DNA from: an uncultured Anaerolineaceae bacterium
Lineage (GTDB): Bacteria > Chloroflexota > Anaerolineae > Anaerolineales > UBA11579
Length of the DNA: 64,000 nt
Direction of reading: 5' to 3'
Assembly: GCA_964623375.1 (NCBI GenBank)
Contig: CAZUTS010000007.1
Location: forward strand, 2,799 to 66,798
A program made the position numbers and the translations under genes. Numbering within the stretch: the first letter of the stretch is position 1; each line of letters begins with the position of its first letter. Shown piece after piece: positions 8,457 through 17,567 of the stretch. A model generated the notes under the pieces. The model was not told where the DNA came from and did not search any database. It worked only from the letters and a program-made list of their open reading frames with translations.

Positions 8457-10634
8457 CTATTTACCCTTGGGTAGTTGTTTTAAATTGGCGAAAGCCGCCA
8501 TCACTTTTTTGAGACCCACTTCCTGAAAGAAGATGTCTACCAACTCATCATCATCCTGGATGCGGCTGTTGAGCACCATGCCTTCGCCCCAGGTGGGATG
8601 CAGCACATTCATGCCGGGCTTGAACTGCGTTTGCAGCACCGGCGCGGAGCGCTGGCGTGGATTCTCCCAGCGGTCTGGGCGGTGGGGATGCTCCAGGCGC
8701 GCCTGGTTGCCGCCTTCGATGAGCTCATCGGGCAGGTCATCCAAAAAGCGCGAGGGTAGCGTGCCTTCGGCATAGCCATAATTGCTGCGGTACATGTTGT
8801 GGATGAGCACCAACTGATCCTTGGCGCGGGTAATGCCCACATAAAACAGGCGGCGCTCCTCTTCCATTTCTTCGGGGTCATCCAGGGCGCGTTGGTGCGG
8901 CAGCACCCCGTCGTTGAGGCCGGTGATGAACACGGTGCCGAATTCAAGCCCTTTGGCGGCGTGCAATGTGAGCAGGGTGGGCACCTCGGCAGATTCGTCG
9001 ATGGTGTCCTGGTCTGAGACGAGAGCAATATTCTCGAGAAATTCCGGCAGGGCTTTGCCAGCGTACTCGGTGGCCAGGCGGCGCAGTTCCTGCACGTTGT
9101 CCCAGCGATCCTGCGCCTCGTCCTCCGGGCCATCGGCGGTGAGGTAGCCGTGATAGTCAATATCCGTGAGGATACGGTCCATGAGTGGCAGGGGTTCCGT
9201 GCCGGATTGGGCCAATTGAACCCAGCCCGCCAGCTTGCGGCCAAAGCCTGCCATGGCCTGCGCGGTAGGCGTGGAGATGGGGGCAAAGAGCGGGTCCTCA
9301 GGATGGGCGCCCATGTGCATCAGCAGCGCGCCGGGAGTAGTGCGGCTTTGCAGCGCGATCGTGCGCAACACCGCCTGGCTCTTGATGCCGATGCGCCGCG
9401 TGGGCACGTTGATGACGCGGTTGAGGCTGACCTCGTCATTGGGATTGAACACTAAGCGCAGGTAGCTCAATACATCTTTGATCTCGCGGCGGCCGTAGAA
9501 GCGTTGCGCGCCCACGAGCTTGTAAGGCAGGTTGGCGTACAGGAAGGCTTCTTCGATCAGGCGGGATTGGGCATTGGTGCGGTACATCACGGCGAAGTCA
9601 CCCGTGCGGGCGCCCTCGGCCACCATGCCCGCAATAGCATTGACGATGAATTTGCCAGTCTCCTGCTCGTTCAGCGTTTGCTGGTAGAGCACTTTGGCGC
9701 CAGTGCCGCGGTCGGTGAAGAGGTGCTTGCGCGTGCGGTGTGGATTGCGATCGATCACCGCCATGGCGGCATCGAGAATGCGCTGGGTGGAGCGATAGTT
9801 TTGCTCGAGCAGAATGACCTGCGCATCGGGATAGTCTTCTTCGAAGCGCAGCACATTGCGGTAATCTGCCCCGCGCCAGCGGTAGATGGATTGATCGGTA
9901 TCGCCGACCACATAGATGTTGCGGTGTTCAGAGGCGAGATGCTTTAGCAGGCTGTATTGAGCCTGGTTGGTGTCTTGAAACTCATCCACCAGGATGTGCT
10001 CATAGCGCTGGGCATATTTTTTACGAACTTCAGGATTGGTGTCCAGCAGGTGGGCGGTCCACAGCAGCAGGTCGTCAAAATCCATGGCGTTGTTGGCCAG
10101 CAGAGTCTGCTGGTAGCGCTGGTAGACGCGGGCCACAACCTCGTCTCGGTAGCTGTTGATGGGCATATCCTCGGGCAGGGCCAGCTCGTTCTTGGCGGCC
10201 GAAATGCTGGCATGCACTCCGCTGGCGCGGTGCATCTTCTCATCAATGTTCAGGTCTTTGAGCGCCTGGCGCACAATTGAGATCTGGTCATCACTGTCGT
10301 AGATGACAAAGTTTTGGTTGACCGGCAGGTGCTCTGCCTCCTGGCGCAACAGGCGGGCGCAAATGGAATGGAAGGTGCCCAGGGTCAGCCCGCGCGGGCG
10401 GCCGCCCAGCAGGGATTCGACACGGTTGTTCATCTCTTTGGCGGCTTTGTTTGTGAAAGTAACCGCGAGAATGTTGTAGGGATTTACCCCTAATTCGCTG
10501 ACGAGGTAGGCGATTCGATGGGTGAGAACACGCGTTTTGCCCGATCCGGGGCCAGCCAGCACCAAAACAGGCCCTGTGCCTGCTAGTAGCGCCTGTTGTT
10601 GTTGGGGGTTGAGGCCTGTTGCCAGAGTTACCAT
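8457..10634 (-). CDS. pcrA: ATP-dependent DNA helicase PcrA/UvrD
   Basis: 725 aa. Walker A AGPGSGKTRVLTHR, motif II VDEFQDTN, LEQNYRST, later helicase motifs TLHAAKGLEF and YVGITRA. Confidence 0.9.
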   Translation of the reverse strand: MVTLATGLNPQQQQALLAGTGPVLVLAGPGSGKTRVLTHRIAYLVSELGVNPYNILAVTFTNKAAKEMNNRVESLLGGRPRGLTLGTFHSICARLLRQEAEHLPVNQNFVIYDSDDQISIVRQALKDLNIDEKMHRASGVHASISAAKNELALPEDMPINSYRDEVVARVYQRYQQTLLANNAMDFDDLLLWTAHLLDTNPEVRKKYAQRYEHILVDEFQDTNQAQYSLLKHLASEHRNIYVVGDTDQSIYRWRGADYRNVLRFEEDYPDAQVILLEQNYRSTQRILDAAMAVIDRNPHRTRKHLFTDRGTGAKVLYQQTLNEQETGKFIVNAIAGMVAEGARTGDFAVMYRTNAQSRLIEEAFLYANLPYKLVGAQRFYGRREIKDVLSYLRLVFNPNDEVSLNRVINVPTRRIGIKSQAVLRTIALQSRTTPGALLMHMGAHPEDPLFAPISTPTAQAMAGFGRKLAGWVQLAQSGTEPLPLMDRILTDIDYHGYLTADGPEDEAQDRWDNVQELRRLATEYAGKALPEFLENIALVSDQDTIDESAEVPTLLTLHAAKGLEFGTVFITGLNDGVLPHQRALDDPEEMEEERRLFYVGITRAKDQLVLIHNMYRSNYGYAEGTLPSRFLDDLPDELIEGGNQARLEHPHRPDRWENPRQRSAPVLQTQFKPGMNVLHPTWGEGMVLNSRIQDDDELVDIFFQEVGLKKVMAAFANLKQLPKGK

Positions 10635-10636
10635 GC

Positions 10637-10650
10637 GAACGATTGTACTG
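10637..10650 (-). promoter_or_regulatory. Candidate LexA-box-like operator overlapping a TACAAT -10 box of pcrA
   Basis: The coding strand reads CAGTACAATCGTTC-gc-ATG. The identical 14-mer occurs at 54707-54720 in front of rarA. Dyad GTAC-N4-GTTC. Confidence 0.35.
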
Positions 10651-10665
10651 TAGCGATTCTTGGCG

Positions 10666-10694
10666 TTGAAAGCCCCTTGTAGTTGCTGTATAGT
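10666..10694 (+). promoter_or_regulatory. Sigma-70-type promoter for the 10730 gene
   Basis: TTGAAA (10666-10671), 17-nt spacer, TATAGT (10689-10694). About 35 nt upstream of the ATG, and GGAGG lies 8 nt before the start. Confidence 0.45.
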
Positions 10695-10729
10695 AATTTA
10701 ATCATTCCAGCACCTGTGGAGGAATAACC

Positions 10730-11530
10730 ATGGAGATGAACGAGAAGAAAATTGGGGTCGTCACTCATTTCTTCGGTGGTCCCAGCGCAGCGGTCTTGAA
10801 CTTGAGCGCGCCCCTGAAGGTGGGGGACGAGATTCACATTGTTGGCTCCAGCACAGACCTTGTGGAAGAAGTGCGCTCAATGCAAATTGAGCACAACAGC
10901 GTTGGCGAGGCATACCCCGGCGACGATGTAGCCATTTTGGTGAGCGATGTGGTGCGCGCCGGCGATGAGGTCTACCTGCGGGCTGAAGAGCCGGTGGGCT
11001 ATGCCCCCTCGGCCGAAGCGGATGACATGGGCATGGATGTGGACGAAGGGGCGAGTGAAGCCGCCTGGACGCCAACGCCGCAGCCGGTCGTGCCCGCGGC
11101 TGTGACCCCGGCGGCCGTGGTGGCACCCGCCTCGAGCTCGGCGCCAGCGAAGACGCCTGCCAAGCCCAAGGCAAAAGCGAAGCCCAAGACGAAAGCCAAG
11201 CCCAAAGCAAAAGCCAAACCGAAAGCCGCCAAAAAGGCGGTAACCAAAGCTAAGCCTAAAGCGAAGGCCAAGGCCAAACCCAAGGCGAAGAGCAAAGGCA
11301 AAGCAGTAGTTAAAAAAGCTGCTAAAGCCAAACCGAAGGCGGCGAAGAAAGTAGCAAAGAAAGTAACTAAGAAAGCAGTCAAGAAGGTGGCCAAGAAAAC
11401 GGTGGCCAAGAAGATAGCCAAGAAGACGGCTGCCAAGAAAACCGTGACTAAGAAAAAGGTCGCCAAGAAAGCGCCTGCGAAGAAGAGTGCTGCCAAGAAG
11501 AAGGCAGTCACCAAGAAGTCTCGCCGCTAA
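10730..11530 (+). CDS. EF-Tu-domain-2-like small beta-barrel domain fused to a histone-H1-like Lys/Ala/Pro-rich tail
   Basis: 266 aa. The N-terminal ~88 aa (KKIGVVTHFFGGPSAAVLNLSAPLKVGDEIHIVGSSTDLVEEVRSMQIEHNSV) resemble stand-alone 'translation elongation factor-like' proteins. From aa ~141 the sequence is AKPKAKAKPK / KKVAKK repeats. Confidence 0.8.
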   Translation: MEMNEKKIGVVTHFFGGPSAAVLNLSAPLKVGDEIHIVGSSTDLVEEVRSMQIEHNSVGEAYPGDDVAILVSDVVRAGDEVYLRAEEPVGYAPSAEADDMGMDVDEGASEAAWTPTPQPVVPAAVTPAAVVAPASSSAPAKTPAKPKAKAKPKTKAKPKAKAKPKAAKKAVTKAKPKAKAKAKPKAKSKGKAVVKKAAKAKPKAAKKVAKKVTKKAVKKVAKKTVAKKIAKKTAAKKTVTKKKVAKKAPAKKSAAKKKAVTKKSRR

Positions 11531-11569
11531 CGAGCCAACAGATGCAAAGAGTAAAATGGGTGCTTCTAC

Positions 11570-12586
11570 ATGGAAGCACCCATTGATTTAAACACCAACT
11601 GGGGACTGTTGGGCCACGAATGGGCTGTGGGCTTGTTGCGGCGGCAGATTGCCGATGGCCGCCAGCGGCACGCCTATCTATTCACCGGGCCCCTGGGTGT
11701 TGGCCGCCGCAGCCTGGCCTTGCGCTTAGCGCAGGCGCTCAACTGCACTCACCCCCCCGCTCCCGGTGAGATGTGCGGCGAGTGCCGCGCCTGCCGCGGC
11801 TTTGGCCGCGCCCAGCACCCAGACCTGCTGTTGGTCGAACGCCAGGAGGGTGACCGCGAGATCAAGATCGATGCGCTGCGCGCCTTGTCCCGTTCGCTTT
11901 CGCGCACACCGCTGGAAGCACGCTACCAGATAGCACTAATACTCAACTTTCATTACGCTAGCGAAGAGGCCGCCAACGCGCTGCTCAAAACGCTGGAAGA
12001 GCCCAACCCCTCAGTCATTTTGTGCCTCACCGCGGTGGATGCAGACAGCATCCCGGCCACCGTGGTTTCGCGCTGCGAGCTGGTGCGCCTGCGCCCGCAG
12101 CAGCCATCAGAGCTAGCTGCGGCGTTGCAAAGCCGCCTGGGGGTGGCAGCTTTGCAGGCACAACTGCTCGCCGCCGTGAGCCAGGGATTGCCGGGCCTGG
12201 CGGTACGCATGCATCAGGACGGCACGCTGCTGGAGAACCGCGCCAACTGGCTGGAAGCGCTAGCTAGCTTACTGGGCGCCTCACGAGTGGAGCGTTTCAC
12301 CTTTGCGGAAAAGGCCAGCAAGGACCGCCAGGCGCTGCGAGATATGCTGCTGGTGTGGCTTTCGTACTGGCGTGATGTGGTGATGGCGGCTTCTGGTGGG
12401 GTAGTGGCATTGAACAACATAGACCGCCGGATCGAGATTCACGCTATTGCTCAGACGATTGGTTTTGACAGGGCTGCCCAGGTGCTGCAAGCGGTTGAAA
12501 AAACGGTGGCCCAGCTTGAAAGCAACGTGAATGCCCGCCTGGCGCTGGAAGTATTGCTGCTGGAATTGCCAGTGGTGGCGCTGTAA
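11570..12586 (+). CDS. holB: DNA polymerase III delta' subunit
   Basis: 338 aa. HAYLFTGPLGVGRRSLA P-loop-like motif, Cys cluster CGECRACR, SRC motif VVSRCELVRL. Confidence 0.85.
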   Translation: MEAPIDLNTNWGLLGHEWAVGLLRRQIADGRQRHAYLFTGPLGVGRRSLALRLAQALNCTHPPAPGEMCGECRACRGFGRAQHPDLLLVERQEGDREIKIDALRALSRSLSRTPLEARYQIALILNFHYASEEAANALLKTLEEPNPSVILCLTAVDADSIPATVVSRCELVRLRPQQPSELAAALQSRLGVAALQAQLLAAVSQGLPGLAVRMHQDGTLLENRANWLEALASLLGASRVERFTFAEKASKDRQALRDMLLVWLSYWRDVVMAASGGVVALNNIDRRIEIHAIAQTIGFDRAAQVLQAVEKTVAQLESNVNARLALEVLLLELPVVAL

Positions 12587-12656
12587 GGCGCTGAAAACCC
12601 CTATGCTATACTGGCTCAATCGTGTGGCGTATGTTTGCCACATCCCTACCTGATCT

Positions 12657-14777
12657 ATGGCTGCCATCTCCGCCGCCCCCGAAGGCGACGCCGTTCAGAG
12701 TGAACGGCCACAATCTTCGCTTGACCTTTTGGTGCATGTCAGCCGTGAGCTTGCCTCCGCGCTGGACCTGCACCTGGTACTAGAGCGCGTCATCAAGCTG
12801 TGTCTACAAAATGTGGGCGGCAGCAGCGGCAGCGTCATTGTGCTGGACGACCAGGGTCTGCCCATCGATTCCATCATTGTTATCAAAGACAAGGTAATTC
12901 AAGAGACCACGGAGCAGCTTAAGTTCACGCTGCAAGACGGCCTGGCTGGCTGGGTGCGCAAAAATCGCCAGCCTGCCCTGGTGAGCGACACCAGCATGGA
13001 TGCGCGCTGGCAGGCTGCCCCGAGTGGCAAGCAGAGCGGCTCAAAATCCGTAGTGGCTGCGCCGCTGCTGGCGCGTGAACGCCTGGTGGGCGTGCTTACC
13101 TTGACCAATCCGGATGCTGGCTTCTTCAATGAAGAGCACTTAACGCTGGTCAAGATCATTGGTGAACAGGCTGCCTTCGCTGTGCTTAACGCCCGCTTGT
13201 ACGCCGAGAGCCAGCGCAATGCCGGCATCATGACCGCCATAGCAGAGAGCGCATCTGCCATCAATGCCAGTTTGCAGTTGGACCAGGTGCTGCAAACCAT
13301 TCTGGAGCAAACCACGCAAGCCTTGGAGGTTGAGGCGGTTTCCCTGGCGCTGCTGGATGAAGAGGGTAAGACGCTCAGCTTCCGCGCGGCCACCGGCAAG
13401 CGCAGCAAGCAAGTCATCGGCATGCAAGTGATGCTGGGCCAGGGTATTGCCGGCTGGGTGGTGCAACACGGCAGCGGGGTGCTGGTACCCGATGCACAGA
13501 CCGACCCGCGTTTCTATTCGGCTGTGGATGAGCTGACTGGCTACAAGACGCAAGCGGTGGCCTGCGTACCCATCCGTGCCCGCGGCCATGTTATTGGCGT
13601 CATTGAAGCACTCAACCCGAGTGGTGGTGTGTTTGATGCCACTGACCTGCCGGTACTGGATGGTATTGGTACGCTGGCGGGTACCGCCATCGAACATGCA
13701 CAACTGTTCGCGCAAATGGAATCAGCGCGCGCGCGCTACCGTGAACTCTTCGAAGACAGCATCGATGCCATCTTCGTTACTGATATGCAAGGCAAGATCG
13801 CCGAGGCCAACCGCCAGGCCGAGCTGTGGATCGGCTTTGACGAAGACGATCTGCACAGCATGAATGTGCATCATTTCCATGAGGCAGATTACAAAGCCCT
13901 CGGCACGGACATGTCTTATCTCAAAGACGGCGGCACAGTCTCGTACGAATCGGTGCTGCAAGGGCAGGGCAATGCCCAAATTGATGTGGAAGTCTTTGTG
14001 CACTCCATCATCGTAGAAGGCCAGGAGCAGTTGCAGTGGATCCTGCGTGACATCACCGAGCGCAAGCGCCTGGACCAGTTGCGCGAGGACCTGGCCTCGA
14101 TGATCTATCACGACCTGCGCTCCCCGTTGGCCAACGTGGTCTCGGGGCTGGATGTGCTGCAGATGATGCTGCCAGACGATCAGGATCCTACGATCCGTTC
14201 TGTGCTGGATATTGCCATGCGCTCCACCGAGCGCGTGCAGCGCCTTGCCAATTCGCTGCTGGACACCTCGCGTATGGAGGCTGGGCAGCGCATCGGCACC
14301 CCTGAGCCGACCGCGGTGGCGGACATCATTCAGGCCGCGCTCGACGCGACTGCGCCGGGGGCCCAGGCCAAGGAAATTCACATCGAGGCGGCGGTGGTCA
14401 AGGGCTTGCCCAAGGCCATGGTGGATGCCGAGATGATCCGGCGCGTGCTGATCAACCTTATTGAGAACGCGCTTAAGTATTCGAGCAAGGATCAGAAGAT
14501 CACGGTGGCTGCCAAGCGCAGCGGTGACTTTATTGAAATGTCGGTTCAAGACCAGGGCCGTGGTATTCCCAAGGGAGACCTGGAGCGTATCTTTGAGAAG
14601 TTTGCGCGTGTGCAAGTGGGTGCCACGGGCAACACCAAGGGCTTGGGTCTGGGCTTGGCGTATTGCAAACTGGCCGTAGAAGGCCATGGCGGCAAAATTT
14701 GGGTGGAAAGCGAATTGGGTAAAGGCTCGCAGTTTATTTTCACTTTGCCTACAGCGCGTACGGGCGAATTGAAATAA
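12657..14777 (+). CDS. GAF-GAF-PAS sensor histidine kinase
   Basis: 706 aa. Two GAF-like segments, a PAS segment, H-box IYHDLRSPL; ATPase boxes NLIENALKYS, DQGRGIP, GLGLGLAYC. Confidence 0.9.
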   Translation: MAAISAAPEGDAVQSERPQSSLDLLVHVSRELASALDLHLVLERVIKLCLQNVGGSSGSVIVLDDQGLPIDSIIVIKDKVIQETTEQLKFTLQDGLAGWVRKNRQPALVSDTSMDARWQAAPSGKQSGSKSVVAAPLLARERLVGVLTLTNPDAGFFNEEHLTLVKIIGEQAAFAVLNARLYAESQRNAGIMTAIAESASAINASLQLDQVLQTILEQTTQALEVEAVSLALLDEEGKTLSFRAATGKRSKQVIGMQVMLGQGIAGWVVQHGSGVLVPDAQTDPRFYSAVDELTGYKTQAVACVPIRARGHVIGVIEALNPSGGVFDATDLPVLDGIGTLAGTAIEHAQLFAQMESARARYRELFEDSIDAIFVTDMQGKIAEANRQAELWIGFDEDDLHSMNVHHFHEADYKALGTDMSYLKDGGTVSYESVLQGQGNAQIDVEVFVHSIIVEGQEQLQWILRDITERKRLDQLREDLASMIYHDLRSPLANVVSGLDVLQMMLPDDQDPTIRSVLDIAMRSTERVQRLANSLLDTSRMEAGQRIGTPEPTAVADIIQAALDATAPGAQAKEIHIEAAVVKGLPKAMVDAEMIRRVLINLIENALKYSSKDQKITVAAKRSGDFIEMSVQDQGRGIPKGDLERIFEKFARVQVGATGNTKGLGLGLAYCKLAVEGHGGKIWVESELGKGSQFIFTLPTARTGELK

Positions 14778-15625
14778 TGCGAAAGATCACACGTTCAATT
14801 TACTTCGAGAGCAATTACGGTGGCGCGAGTGTTGGCGCCCTTTTATTCCCTGAGCACACCGTGCTGGTGGATGCGCCGCTGCATTCTGAGAACAGCCGCG
14901 CCTGGCTGGCCGACCTGCATCAGGCGGGCGCCAGCCCCAATCGCACGCTGGTTTATCTTGATTCGCACCTGGACCGCACGCTGGGGGCGCAGACCCTGCA
15001 AGCCAGCGTCATCGCGCACGTAGAGACGGCGCATCAAATGGGCCGCCGCGCCACGGTATTCAAGACTCTGCGTCAGGAAACTGGCGCTGAGTGGGAGAGC
15101 ACCGCGGGCCTGACTGGGCTGCGGCTGATCCTGCCTGAAGTGACTTTTTCAAGCACAGCCCAGTTGCATTTCCAGGAGCGCAGCCTGCAGATCGAGGAGC
15201 GTGCTGCCGCTAGCCCGGGCGCTTGCTGGCTGATGCAGCCTGAGGATGGTGTGTTGTTTGTGGGCGATACGCTCACGTTGAATGAGCCACCCTTTTTGGG
15301 CCAAGCAGATATTCCGGCGTGGATGGAACAACTGGATGAATTGCAATCACGCCAATACAAAGACTTCACCATCATCGCCGGGCGCGGCGGCAAGGCGGAG
15401 GCGCGCGACATCAAGCAGATGCAGGCCTGGCTGAAGGATATGCATGCCAAGCTGCGCTCTGCCAGCAAGGGCCGCCATGCTGAAGGGGACATCGAAAAGC
15501 TGGCCATCAAGGCGGCCGACCGTTATAAGCCGGCGCCCAAGCAGCGCACCAAGTACATTCAACGCCTGCAGTTTGGTATGCGTGAGTATGCTGCCCGTCA
15601 CTTTACCGCCCCGCGACGCAAATAG
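14777..15625 (+). CDS. MBL-fold protein with degenerate metal-binding motif
   Basis: 282 aa. The ATG overlaps the kinase stop (TAATG). MBL-like layout, but DSHLDR (14960-14977) sits where HxHxDH is expected. Confidence 0.65.
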   Translation: MRKITRSIYFESNYGGASVGALLFPEHTVLVDAPLHSENSRAWLADLHQAGASPNRTLVYLDSHLDRTLGAQTLQASVIAHVETAHQMGRRATVFKTLRQETGAEWESTAGLTGLRLILPEVTFSSTAQLHFQERSLQIEERAAASPGACWLMQPEDGVLFVGDTLTLNEPPFLGQADIPAWMEQLDELQSRQYKDFTIIAGRGGKAEARDIKQMQAWLKDMHAKLRSASKGRHAEGDIEKLAIKAADRYKPAPKQRTKYIQRLQFGMREYAARHFTAPRRK

Positions 15626-15631
15626 AATCGC

Positions 15632-16681
15632 ATGAACGAATTTGGCTATCGCCCTGTATATGCCCTGAGCCGGGGAGGGCATCCCGAATCAGTCCACTAC
15701 GGCGCAATAGCTGTTGTGGATGCAACCGGCCGCTTGCTCGCTTCGTTTGCTGACCCCTACCAATCGTCATTTTTACGATCCTCTGCCAAGCCCTTTCAAG
15801 CTATGCCGTTCGTGCTGGCGGGCGGCGTACAGCACTATGGGCTTACGCAGGCAGAGCTGGCGCTGCTGTGCGCCTCACACTCTGGCACGGATGAGCACCT
15901 GACGGTATTGCACAGCTTGATGCACAAATGTGGGCTGGGTGAAGGCGCGTTGCTGTGTGGCACGCACCCGCCGTATCACGCGCCCACCGCCGAGCGCTTG
16001 CTGCGCCAGGGGGATGCGCCGACCGCCGGGCGGCACAATTGCTCCGGCAAGCACACGGGCATGCTGGCCTACGCGCGTCTGCGTGGCTGGCCGCTGGACA
16101 GTTACATTGATGTGCAGCATCCCCTGCAGCAAGAAATCCTGGCGCTGTTTGCTGAATTTGCTGGCCTGCCAAGCGAGTATCTGGCGGTGGGGATCGATGG
16201 CTGCTCGGCGCCCAACTGGGCCGTGCCGCTGTACAACACTGCGCTGGCTTATGCGCGTTTAGCGGCCCCTACTGGGTTGCCCGCAGCCCAGGCGGTGGCC
16301 TGCCAGCAGATCGCTGTGGCAATGCAAAGCCACCCGGACATGGTGGCTGGCCCGCAACGTTTTGATACCGACTTGATGAATGCGGCGCCCGGCCGTATTG
16401 TCTCCAAGCTGGGCGCCGAGGGCTACCAGGCCTTCGGCCTGCCTGCCGGAACGCTGGCGCCCGGCTCGCCCGGTGTGGGCATTGCCATCAAGATCGCTGA
16501 TGGCGATGCGCGCAAATGGGCCAGCCACGCCGTGGCGCTGGAGGTGCTGCGCCAGCTTGGCGTGATGGAGGCTGCAGCTTTGGCTGCGCTCAGCGCCTAT
16601 GGCCCGCGGCGCCCGGTCACCAACTGGCGCGGCACCGTGGTAGGCGAAGCGGCTCCATGCTTCACCTTGGAGCGCGCATGA
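15632..16681 (+). CDS. Asparaginase family 2 (L-asparaginase II-like)
   Basis: 349 aa. The N-terminal pattern SRGGHPESVHYGAIAVVDATGRLL...LRSSAKPFQAMP and CSGKHTGML are typical of the Rhizobium-type asparaginase II family. Confidence 0.8.
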   Translation: MNEFGYRPVYALSRGGHPESVHYGAIAVVDATGRLLASFADPYQSSFLRSSAKPFQAMPFVLAGGVQHYGLTQAELALLCASHSGTDEHLTVLHSLMHKCGLGEGALLCGTHPPYHAPTAERLLRQGDAPTAGRHNCSGKHTGMLAYARLRGWPLDSYIDVQHPLQQEILALFAEFAGLPSEYLAVGIDGCSAPNWAVPLYNTALAYARLAAPTGLPAAQAVACQQIAVAMQSHPDMVAGPQRFDTDLMNAAPGRIVSKLGAEGYQAFGLPAGTLAPGSPGVGIAIKIADGDARKWASHAVALEVLRQLGVMEAAALAALSAYGPRRPVTNWRGTVVGEAAPCFTLERA

Positions 16682-17364
16682 AGGCGTTGGCGCGCCGCGC
16701 CTTAGCAATCCACGAGCGTTTGCTGGATTTCTTTGGTGAGCCGGAATGGCGCTCACCCCTGCCCGCGCTGGATGAATTGGTCTCCACCATCCTTTCGCAG
16801 AACACCAATGACGTAAATCGCGATGTGGCTTTCTTCGCCCTCAAAGATAAATACGCTACCTGGGAAGCGGTGCGGGATGCGCCGGCGGCCGAGATTGTTG
16901 AGACCATTCGCCCCGCAGGTTTGGCCAACCAGAAAGGCCCGCGCATCAAAACCGTTTTGCAGGCCATCACTGAGGCGCGTGGTGAACTCTCGCTGGATTT
17001 CCTCAAAGACTATGCGGCTGACGAGGCGCGTGACTGGCTGACCCAGTTCAACGGCGTGGGGCCAAAGACGGCGGCCATCGTATTGCAATTCTCGCTGGAA
17101 ATTCCCGCGTTCCCGGTGGACACGCACATTTACCGTGTCTCGGGCCGCCTGGGTCTGCGGCCCGAGACGATGACGGTGGAGCAGGCGCATCCCTATCTCG
17201 AATCGCTCTTTCCGCCCGAAACGTATTACGCTGGCCACCTCAACATCATTCGCCTGGGGCGTGAGATCTGCCAGGCACGCAAACCCAATTGCCCGGCCTG
17301 CCCGGTCAAAGACTTGTGCGATTACTACGCAGCCAACTATAAAAACGGTAAGCCGCGCAGTTAA
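16678..17364 (+). CDS. nth: Endonuclease III-like HhH-GPD DNA glycosylase with Fe-S cluster loop
   Basis: The ATG overlaps the upstream stop (ATGA). Motifs STILSQNTND, HhH LTQFNGVGPKTAAIVL, VDTHIYRV, and C-terminal CQARKPNCPACPVKDLC. The track ORF start at 16516 is an upstream extension. Confidence 0.85.
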   Translation: MKALARRALAIHERLLDFFGEPEWRSPLPALDELVSTILSQNTNDVNRDVAFFALKDKYATWEAVRDAPAAEIVETIRPAGLANQKGPRIKTVLQAITEARGELSLDFLKDYAADEARDWLTQFNGVGPKTAAIVLQFSLEIPAFPVDTHIYRVSGRLGLRPETMTVEQAHPYLESLFPPETYYAGHLNIIRLGREICQARKPNCPACPVKDLCDYYAANYKNGKPRS

Positions 17365-17398
17365 CACCTACACGATATACTTATAGGTACAACTTAAT

Positions 17399-17516
17399 CG
17401 CTCGGGGAGCTGTGCGAAGCAATTTTTGGCTAACGCCAAAAAAAGCTTTGCGTTGGCTGAGAGGCAGACCTGGTCTGCGACCCGTACACCTGATCCGGAT
17501 CATGCCGGCGGAGGAA
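17399..17516 (+). promoter_or_regulatory. TPP (THI-box) riboswitch
   Basis: CTCGGGGAGC...GCTGAGAG-(hairpin GCAGACCtgGTCTGC)-ACCCGTACACCTGATCCGGATCATGCCGGCGGAGGAAA matches the conserved CUGAGA and ACCUGAUCUGGAUAAUGCCAGCG cores. Upstream of thiamine genes. Confidence 0.85.
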
Positions 17517-17567
17517 ATGCGCAGCTTTAGCCTTAACCAACCTCCGGCACATGCAGGAGGTTTTGTT

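Noticed and set aside
11150-11530. Periodic short DNA repeats, considered as a CRISPR array or satellite
   Set aside because: The period is 6-15 nt with no spacer/repeat organisation. It is in frame with, and fully explained by, the Lys/Ala/Pro-rich tail of the 10730 gene.
16516-16677. 5' extensions of track ORFs: nth 16516, thiN 17412, thiP 19156, DUF402 21916, infB 42973, nrnA 45051, SCO1664-like 57242, exonuclease 61935
   Set aside because: Each extension overlaps the preceding gene, a riboswitch or an antisense gene. Internal starts with an SD, or with stop-start overlap, give N-termini that match the expected family.
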